Program-made: the position numbers and the translations under genes | Assembly (NCBI GenBank): GCA_016618085.1 | Contig: JABLTG010000108.1 | Coordinates: forward strand, 1 to 64,000 | Origin: Neovahlkampfia damariscottae | Lineage: Eukaryota | Direction of reading: 5' to 3' | Length of the DNA stretch: 64,000 nucleotides | Shown: positions 1 to 7,328 of the stretch, one piece after another | Position numbering within the stretch: position 1 is the stretch's first letter | Layout: each line of letters starts with the position of its first letter | Notes under the pieces: generated by a model | Databases searched by the model: none | Seen by the model: only the letters and a program-made list of their open reading frames with translations | What the model was told of the DNA's origin: nothing

Positions 1-150
1 TATATGTTGATTTCATATTTCCTGTTTCTTTTGTTTCTTCAAGTTTTCTCTTTTTTATCACTTCTGTTGTTGATGTTGAAGTAACATTTTTTTCTTTCCA
101 AAATGAATCCAATTTGAGCTGTTTGGATATTTTAAATACTTGAGATCTTT
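1..150 (-). other. Possible partial coding fragment running off the window edge; contains a PIP-box-like motif QLKLDSFW
   Basis: Minus-strand frame reads KISKQLKLDSFWKEKNVTSTSTTEVIKKRKLEETKETGNMKSTY to the edge. No in-frame ATG upstream was found. Confidence 0.3.
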
Positions 151-163
151 TTCAGTATTTTCT

Positions 164-193
164 AGTTGAACAAAAGGTCTTTTTTGTTCAACT
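164..193. repeat. Perfect 12-bp inverted repeat (hairpin)
   Basis: agttgaacaaaa (164-175) / ttttgttcaact (182-193) with a 6-nt loop, ~80 nt downstream of the stop of the 275-1192 ORF. Confidence 0.8.
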
Positions 194-274
194 TGAACAA
201 CTTCAAATAAAAATTCTAAAAATAACTGGCAAAATTAAATCTAATTGGCCACTTTTATCACAATAACCATCAAT

Positions 275-1410
275 TCATTGGCCGTATCTATTCTTCATCA
301 TTGGCTTATTTAATTGCATCAAACCAGCCCCATACAGTAAATGATCAAAGAATGATGCGGTATTCGTTATGCCATTGATAAAATTTTGTACTAATGGAGG
401 CAATGAATTAATTAATTTATCAGCCGATTGCATTACAAATTCTTTGATTGTTTCATTCATCAATCTTGAATTTTCAAGAAGATCATTAATAAATAACTGA
501 CAATTTGTTGATGATGCATCATATAAATATAATCTTTCTTTACCAACTGCATTTAAAGTTCTTTCATGCATTTGATTTAAATTTATTGGTACTATTGTGC
601 CATAGTTTGCCAAATGAATACACTTTGCGGTCTTATAACTTGATACACCAACAAAGGCAATGTTCAATACTTGATTTTTCTCAACTCTCACAATTAAACC
701 ACCTTCAAGTTTACAAATCATGAACAAGTGATACATTTGATCATAGTTCAATTTATCTTTCGTTTCTTCCCATTTACCAAATGATACCGCGTTCAATATG
801 GTGTTAAATGTGGATTGAATAGGCGTTTTACAAATCAAAATCTCTTTTATTTTGATATTTCCGTAACTTTCAAGAAAACAGCGATAATATGGAGGTGCGT
901 TTATTCTAATCGGGTTTGTAATTAAACTTTTAACTCTATTAAATCCAGTACGGAACATCTCACCAATTGAGGCAAATAAGTTACCTCCTTTAAGTTCTTC
1001 ATGTGGGATTTTATCGTGTTCAATATATTCACTATCTGCAAGGTCAAATATATCCTTGAAATCTTTTATATTTATCGTTTTATTTTCTTTATTCAAAATA
1101 CAATCACAACAAATTTGATTATTTTTTTCTACTTTTTTAAAACATTGTAAACAACATTTATAGGATACTTGTGAAGAAATAAACCATAACAAAGGTTGTC
1201 TTTATCATAACGATACACTTTAATATAAAAATTGTTAGCTATATTATAAAAGTCTTCATAGTTGTCATATTGAAACTTTCTATAATATTCACCAATTGGA
1301 AAATCTTTTTTTGTTTGTTTTAAAGGTTGTGAAGTTATTAAAGTTATTGAGTTGTCGTCTTCTGAAACAAAAATATAATAATATGGTAGTTTCAATTGGT
1401 TGTAGTTCAT
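275..1410 (-). CDS. Intronless putative permuted papain-like (PPPDE/LRAT-type) thiol hydrolase with N-terminal CxxC..CxxC; probably one gene with the 1129-1410 ORF across a one-base frame break near 1160-1205
   Basis: His motif YHLFMI precedes Cys motif YDASSTNCQLFINDLL (His-before-Cys permuted order). CLQC..CCDC zinc-ribbon pattern. The 275-1192 ORF starts at TTG while the overlapping upstream ORF has an ATG at 1410. Confidence 0.55.
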
Positions 1411-1435
1411 ATATAATAAGAAGATTATTTTATTT

Positions 1436-1536
1436 AAAGATTTTTGTTAACCTTCCAAAATAATAAAACATCGAAAAATCAAAAATTATCCAACCGAAAA
1501 AATTACAAATAATTTGGAAGGTTAATAAAAAGCTTT
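1436..1536. repeat. ~100-bp inverted-repeat element A
   Basis: aaagatttttgttaaccttccaaa (1436-1459) / tttggaaggttaataaaaagcttt (1513-1536): 13-bp perfect core, 22/24 complementary. Confidence 0.8.
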
Positions 1537-1575
1537 GAAATAAAATTTTACAAACATTAATAAAAAAAAGAAACT

Positions 1576-2187
1576 TTATTTTTGAATGTTTTTTATCCCT
1601 TCCCATAACTTTATTTTAGTTCCAAATTTTACATTTAATCCTTTCATTTCTTGATCATTGAGATTAGATAAAACAAATCCATCAACACCTTCTTCCTTTA
1701 AGATCTGTGCTTCATGGTTATCAATATTTAATACATTAACAGCCCAGTGATAGACTTCATCAGTTGACCATGATAGCAAGTTTTTTTTTTCACTTTTTTC
1801 ATCACTGATTTGTTTCATTTTTCCAGTGATCCATGACGGATCTTTAGTATTAGGTTCTCTTTCTGTAATAGCTTCAATTCTGAAAATTGCTTGAAGTTCA
1901 TAAACATCGTTTCCTATATTTGTTCTCATTTCACCAGAAACATATTTTACCGAATTACAGCTGACTACTCTTTCACAATAAAGTCTAATTCTGTAGTCCT
2001 TTCCATTTTTTTTTCCAAAGAGGAATAATTGATTTTTTTCTGTTGGCACCACTTTCCACTCGAGATTCAAAAACCTGACTTCGTCTCCAAAAATCATATC
2101 TTGTTTTCCAGCATTTTCTTTCAACCATTCGTTTTCAGAAAACATGGCCAACGTTAATGTTATGCTTTGAACTTTGGAAAAATTCAT
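1576..2187 (-). CDS. Intronless protein with C-terminal SAM (sterile alpha motif) domain
   Basis: C-terminus LLSWSTDEVYHWAVNVLNID..AQILKEEGVDGFVLSNLNDQEMKGLNVKFGTKIKLWEGI matches the SAM consensus (W..edV..W, idG..Ll.l...dL..lg...G...k). Confidence 0.75.
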   Translation of the reverse strand: MNFSKVQSITLTLAMFSENEWLKENAGKQDMIFGDEVRFLNLEWKVVPTEKNQLFLFGKKNGKDYRIRLYCERVVSCNSVKYVSGEMRTNIGNDVYELQAIFRIEAITEREPNTKDPSWITGKMKQISDEKSEKKNLLSWSTDEVYHWAVNVLNIDNHEAQILKEEGVDGFVLSNLNDQEMKGLNVKFGTKIKLWEGIKNIQK

Positions 2188-2223
2188 GAAGTAAATTGAA
2201 TTATAATTGGCTGGGATTTTTTA

Positions 2224-2997
2224 TTGGTCAAAACGTCCTCTGAAAAAAATTTTTTGGTTGTTTATGGAGAGTGTAAATCTATATTCTCTGATGCTAAAAA
2301 CGCTTATGAAAAATTGGATAACTTTACAATATGTCTGGAGACAATAAGATATGGTATAATTAAAGACAAATTAGACTTTAACTCTGATGAAACATTAATC
2401 GAAGCAGTTTCTGAAGGTTTAAAAGGAAAGGGTAATTGCTATACAAGTTCATGCTATATTGCAAATGCATTAAAATCGAAAAAGATTTATTTTTCTTGGG
2501 CACACTCAGATGAACAAGAACAACACTCTTTTATTGTAGCCCATACTGATGATGGAATGATTTTAATGGACGCTTCAAGAGGTTCTGATATAGAAGAACC
2601 ACTTTTTTTTTTGAAATCCTCAGTTTATGTAATCAAATCTAAATTACAATTTTTTTATGAAAACAACAAAATTTTTCAATTCAAAAATTGTACTCTTGAA
2701 AGAAATTATGATGTTGGAAGTAATTCCTCCTTAAAAGAATTACGTAAGGATATCATGAGTGTTGAAACTCAAACAACGAATAAACTGAGTACCATAAATG
2801 TACCATCACTTCCAAAAAACGACATTGATAATATTTATAACAAAATCATCAATGTTTTAGATCTAGAAGAAAAATTTATTATTTCCAAGGATTTTTTAAT
2901 AGACATATTAAAGAAGAAAGAGGATGAAGTTGCTAATTTGGTAAAACTTAAAAATGAATATGAATTAGTTCTTGATGTTTTGAAAAAGATAAAATAA
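2224..2997 (+). CDS. Intronless transglutaminase/arylamine N-acetyltransferase-like Cys-His-Asp protein; true ATG probably 2264 with a one-base frame break near 2275
   Basis: GKGNCYTSS..HSFIV..LMDAS triad spacing. No in-frame ATG before the Cys. The out-of-frame ATG at 2264 gives MESVK-SIFSDAK if one A is added. Confidence 0.55.
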   Translation: MVKTSSEKNFLVVYGECKSIFSDAKNAYEKLDNFTICLETIRYGIIKDKLDFNSDETLIEAVSEGLKGKGNCYTSSCYIANALKSKKIYFSWAHSDEQEQHSFIVAHTDDGMILMDASRGSDIEEPLFFLKSSVYVIKSKLQFFYENNKIFQFKNCTLERNYDVGSNSSLKELRKDIMSVETQTTNKLSTINVPSLPKNDIDNIYNKIINVLDLEEKFIISKDFLIDILKKKEDEVANLVKLKNEYELVLDVLKKIK

Positions 2998-3047
2998 ACC
3001 TTTGTTCACATTTATTTTATATTAGTTTCTTCAAACCAAACATCACA

Positions 3048-3137
3048 AAGGTTTTAAATCAACCTTCATATTTAATACTAATATTTTTTACAATTTGAAT
3101 AAAAAATGTTTCAAAAATTGGAAGGCTGACAAAACTT
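3048..3137. repeat. Inverted-repeat element B, related to element A
   Basis: aaggttttaaatcaaccttc (3048-3067) / gaaggctgacaaaactt (3121-3137). Shares the aaccttc..ttggaagg..aaaa(ag)ctt.gaaa pattern with A. Confidence 0.6.
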
Positions 3138-3310
3138 CGAAAAAAAAGTAAAATCCAACTCTTAAATGCATCTCATGTCACAAAATCCATAAAACAAAAA
3201 TCTCAAGTAATTTGCAAAATATCCCGATAAAAACTGCATAGCAACTGGTAATTTATAAAAAAGTCAAGTGTCAAAGTAATGAAAATTAAATATTTGTGTT
3301 CTCACATTAT

Positions 3311-3414
3311 TATAAGTTTTAGAGTTACCCAAGTGAAATAAACAATAATTTCTTTAAAAATAATAAAATTATGAAAAGATAATTTCTATTTTACTTGGGT
3401 AAATAAAACTTATA
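3311..3414. repeat. Inverted-repeat element C
   Basis: tataagttttagagttacccaagtgaaata (3311-3340) / tattttacttgggtaaataaaacttata (3387-3414). Confidence 0.75.
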
Positions 3415-3514
3415 GAAAAACATGATCCAAAAAGGGACAATATTGGATTAGAGAGAACGTTACACATGACTTTAACTCACAAATACAAAGGTAGGGGTCT
3501 ATGAATTTTGTTAA

Positions 3515-3604
3515 TCGCTCAGTTAGTCCAGCCAGTAGCAAGGAAAGTACATAGAACTGAGCGAAGCTCCTCTGTTAAGAGCAGGGCAATGTACTTTCCT
3601 TGCT
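3515..3604. other. Crossed inverted repeats (a-b-a'-b') with an internal hairpin; candidate structured RNA or element terminus
   Basis: tcgctcagtt 3515-3524 / aactgagcga 3555-3564; agcaaggaaagtacat 3537-3552 / atgtactttccttgct 3589-3604; hairpin at 3566-3587. Confidence 0.7.
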
Positions 3605-3925
3605 TGTTGTGTGGTTTTTACTATCACAAATATGACAAGTTTGTTGAGCTTGTAAAGGTTTACCATCTACTCCAAATTTAGCAAAGCAGTTCTGTGATTC
3701 ATAAGAATCTCTTCCACACCTTGTACAAAATAGTTCATCTGATTCAGTTTCTTCATCTTCACTGAAAATTTCATAACCGTTTATGTGAATTTTGGCAAAA
3801 CAATTTTGAGCATCATGAGATTCTCTTCCACACCTTTCACAACCAAAGGAATCTTCACTTGAGTATTGATTGCTATAGTACTGTCGTTTGTTGGAACCAT
3901 AAAAGTCATTGCGGTTACGTTTCAT
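3575..3925 (-). CDS. Intronless CCHC zinc-knuckle repeat protein; second knuckle degenerate and third truncated
   Basis: CERCGRESHDAQNCFAK, CTRCGRDSYESQNCFAK (H to Y), CHICDSKNHTTSKE (final Cys missing). Confidence 0.7.
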   Translation of the reverse strand: MKRNRNDFYGSNKRQYYSNQYSSEDSFGCERCGRESHDAQNCFAKIHINGYEIFSEDEETESDELFCTRCGRDSYESQNCFAKFGVDGKPLQAQQTCHICDSKNHTTSKESTLPCS

Positions 3926-4084
3926 GAAGTTGAGTGAAGAGATTGATTGGCCAATTATTTCTTAGCACAAAAAGTAAACATGAGCCAAGAAAATATAAAC
4001 AAAAGAAGGATGAATTGTAATTCAAATGTTCAAAAGATTTCAAAAGTGTAGGTTAAATTTATTTTACAACAATAAATTCATTCA

Positions 4085-4089
4085 CCAAT
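4085..4089 (+). promoter_or_regulatory. Representative start-proximal CCAAT motif (recurs upstream of most genes, in either orientation)
   Basis: CCAAT/ATTGG at 4085, 5308, 7206, 7313, 11238, 11762, 18761, 36742, 40109, 42934, 43345, 50972, 55745, 55847 and 58107, each 4-30 nt from an ATG. Confidence 0.7.
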
Positions 4090-4093
4090 AAAA

Positions 4094-5254
4094 ATGAGTT
4101 TTGTTGACATTGATGGTTCGTATGGAGAAGGAGGTGGACAAGTTTTGCGTAATTCCACCAGTTTAAGTGCTCTTTTTGGTATTCCCATAAAAATAACAAA
4201 AATAAGAGCAGGAAGAACTGTTCCTGGTTTAAGACAACAACATCTTTATGGAATGCAACTTGTTGCAAAATTATGCTCAGGTGACTTCAAAGGAGGAAAA
4301 GTAAAATCAACAGAAATTGAATTTACACCCAAAAAATTGAATTCAAAAGGAAATTATCAATCATTTGTTCAAAGTGCTGGGTAAAAACCTTTAACCTTTT
4401 ATTAACCAGATTTTATCTTTTAGGAGTATTGGTCTTTTACTACAAATTTCGATACCATGTATTATTTTTGGAGCAGGAGAAACCAAGGTTTCTTATGGTG
4501 GTGGCACAGATGTTTCACATAGTCCACCTTATGATGAAACGGAAAAGATTCTTTTGCCTCATTTATCACTTTTTGGCGTTGAAATCGACTTAAAATGTTT
4601 AGAAAGGTATTTATGAAGAGATATGTTTAATTATATAACAGAGGATTTTATCCAAAAGGTAACGGAGAGGTTCAACTGATTTGTAAAAATCCAATAACAG
4701 AATTGAAACCGATTTCAATTTTAAACCGTGGAAAACTGGTCGAAATAGAATTAATTACAACTTTAACAGGAGAGAAGAAAAAAACAAAATTAGCTGAAGA
4801 TGCAGAAAAACAAATTTTAAAAATTTTATCCAATGAACTTCCAAAAGTAGAATTAAATTCACGTATGATTGAAGATAATTCAAAAACAAATGGATTATGC
4901 ATAACGTTGATAGCAAAAACAGATTCTGGATGTTTAATTGGTGCATCTGTCACTTTTGAAAACAAAAAAATGGAAAGAAGTGATAAATTATCAAAATCGG
5001 TTACAAATTCACTATTTCAGGAATTAAAAGAAAATGGGTGTGTTGATTCACATATTCAGGATCAATTGATTATTTACATGACTTTGGCAAATGGTAATTC
5101 AAAAATTAGAACTGGACCTCTCACGTTGCACACAAAAACAGCAATTCATTTCAATGAAAAATTGACAGGTGCTAAATTCAATGTGGAAGAAGATGAAGAT
5201 GGTAGCTTTATTATTGAATGTAAAGGTGTTGGGTATAAGAATAAAAACATGTGA
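4094..5254 (+). CDS. RTCA: RNA 3'-terminal phosphate cyclase (2 introns: 4381-4423, 4607-4641)
   Basis: IDGSYGEGGGQVLR, IRAGRTVPGLRQQH, spliced RGFYPKGNG, catalytic VDSHIQDQLI, LTLHTKTAI. Confidence 0.93.
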
Positions 5255-5316
5255 ATTATACATCTTTTTATTTATGTTCTGGTAATTTTGATTGGACATC
5301 TGATTATCCAATCAAA

Positions 5317-6129
5317 ATGTTCACAAACTCCGAAGCTTGGAGCAAAACTGCAAAAGGATACCTCAAACTCTCACAAAAAATTACTTTAAAACATGGAATT
5401 AACACCATTGAAGTGACAGGTTTGAAAACAGCCATTGAAGAGAACAAGAAATTAAGAGTTCTTGATATTGCTTGTGGTCCTGGTGATTTAGGAATCGAAA
5501 TAGCTAAACTTGCAACAGAAAACAAAACTGATTTATTTGTCACATCTACAGATTTTGCTGAAGATATGATCAGTTTGGCTAAAGAGAATTCAAAACAATT
5601 CAATAATTTAAATGAATGCTTGGTTATGGACGGAAATAAACTTGAGTTTGGAGATTCGACATTTGATTTTACATATTCTATGTTCGGAGTTTTCTTCTTC
5701 CCAGAAAGAAAAAATGCAATGAAAGAAATTTACAGAACTTTGAAACAAGGAGGAAAAGCAGCAATTACTTTCTGGAAGGATTTCCCTCATGTAATGAAAG
5801 AAACAATGGAAGAATTTGGGATGGAAAGTCACGGGTCACATGGGGATATTAACAATGAAGAGTTAATTATCGCTGATTTGAAAGAATCAGGTTTTGAAAA
5901 AGTTGAAATTGTCAAAAGTGAAGTGGACTCATATTTTGAAGATTTTGAAGATTTATTCAATGGAGTGATATCTAATCCTGGTATCTTAGGATTATTATTC
6001 AAATTATCAGAAGAGGATAAAGAACGGTTTCTTGGACTATACAGAAAACATATGTTAATCAAATTTTCGAAAGACGGAAAAAGTGCAAATTTCTCAACTT
6101 GTGGAATGATTGCAATAGCTTCAAAATAA
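5317..6129 (+). CDS. Class I SAM-dependent methyltransferase (UbiE/Methyltransf_11-like), intronless
   Basis: VLDIACGPG, TDFAEDMI, FGDSTFD..FGVFFFP..EIYRTLKQGG. ATG at 5317 follows CCAAT at 5308. Confidence 0.88.
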   Translation: MFTNSEAWSKTAKGYLKLSQKITLKHGINTIEVTGLKTAIEENKKLRVLDIACGPGDLGIEIAKLATENKTDLFVTSTDFAEDMISLAKENSKQFNNLNECLVMDGNKLEFGDSTFDFTYSMFGVFFFPERKNAMKEIYRTLKQGGKAAITFWKDFPHVMKETMEEFGMESHGSHGDINNEELIIADLKESGFEKVEIVKSEVDSYFEDFEDLFNGVISNPGILGLLFKLSEEDKERFLGLYRKHMLIKFSKDGKSANFSTCGMIAIASK

Positions 6130-6135
6130 ATTATT

Positions 6136-7182
6136 TTATTTTTTTGAATTTAAAAGTTTCCACATTACATCTGGAAGAGTTCTTCCTTTAAATTTTTCTC
6201 TCACAACATCTACACTCATGTCACTCCAACTATGTGCTCTGTTCTTGATATAATATAATTGAATGTTTGAGTCATCATTTGGACATTTATATTTACGATA
6301 TTGAATTAAATCATTTTGACTTCTTTCAACGTCAAATTCTGATTGACATTGATTGGATTTTGTGAATATATTTAATGTTTCATTGATACCCAAATCAATT
6401 CGACCACGACCTCCAGGACCTTCTCCAACACCTCCATTGATTTTTACATTTATGTCTTTCAATCCATGAACATGAACAAGTTTCACAGGGTTAGTAGGTG
6501 TTGGAATGATGAATTTTGGTGAATTTTTGTTAATTTGTCCACCACAAGTTCCAGAAACAGGTGCTATTCCATTAAACAATTTTGGAACATCTCCTGACAT
6601 TCGATAACACATCATAGCGCCATTTGAATGACCAGAACAATAAACTTTGGATTTGTCAATATTGTGCTCTGTTATAACTTTTTGAGTCAATTGTCTTAAA
6701 AAACTGACATCGCTAACATTAGTTTCATAAGCTTCTGAAACAATAGTACCTGAATTCCAACCCAGTAAATACAATCTTCCAGATTTGGAATATCCATATG
6801 GATACAACGTGATGAAATTATTTTCATCAGAAACTGCATCCCATCCACTAGTTCTTTTAAATTGTCTTGCGTTCCCAAAACCGCCATGAAGCGCAACAAC
6901 CAAAGGAACTTTTTCAGTTTTATTGAAATTTTTTGGAAAGTGCAAAATATAGTATCTTTTGTGTCCATCTATTATTATTTGTTGGTCTTGTTCAAGTATT
7001 AAATAATTCCTTATTGATAAAAAAATCAACAGACCAAAGACAAAAAATAAAATCGTAGTGAACATTAGAAAGCAAATTGGCACAAGACATCTGGTCGTAG
7101 CCAAAATGTTCTGTGGAAAAGTTTTTGGTGGTTCATAATATTCATCAAGCAAAGATCTTGATTCACGTGCACTGAAACGCAT
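6136..7182 (-). CDS. LpqC/PHB-depolymerase-like alpha/beta hydrolase with N-terminal transmembrane anchor, intronless
   Basis: PLVVALHGGFG, WNSG..DVSFL, nucleophile motif GHSNGAMM, HVHGLKD, C-terminal AHSW. Confidence 0.82.
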   Translation of the reverse strand: MRFSARESRSLLDEYYEPPKTFPQNILATTRCLVPICFLMFTTILFFVFGLLIFLSIRNYLILEQDQQIIIDGHKRYYILHFPKNFNKTEKVPLVVALHGGFGNARQFKRTSGWDAVSDENNFITLYPYGYSKSGRLYLLGWNSGTIVSEAYETNVSDVSFLRQLTQKVITEHNIDKSKVYCSGHSNGAMMCYRMSGDVPKLFNGIAPVSGTCGGQINKNSPKFIIPTPTNPVKLVHVHGLKDINVKINGGVGEGPGGRGRIDLGINETLNIFTKSNQCQSEFDVERSQNDLIQYRKYKCPNDDSNIQLYYIKNRAHSWSDMSVDVVREKFKGRTLPDVMWKLLNSKK

Positions 7183-7328
7183 CAAGTTCGGTTAATAAAA
7201 ATATCCAATAGGAATTTAGGATTTCACAATATCGTTCAATTGTTGTTTTTGATTAAAAAATTAAATGGAATAAATATGTATTTTTTTGGACTTTGTTAGA
7301 GTTTACTGTGTGATTGGTCAAATAACAA

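Noticed and set aside
1129..1145. Slippery-like T TTA AAA AAG just before the stop of the 1129-1410 ORF, as a programmed -1 frameshift
   Set aside because: The first CxxC pair of the downstream frame lies upstream of this site, so the frame change must occur earlier. A/T runs like this are ubiquitous here.
3515..3604. Hammerhead, HDV-like or twister ribozyme; SECIS element
   Set aside because: Required cores are absent (no CUGANGA plus GAAA, no P3/L3). The overlapped stop is TAA, not TGA.
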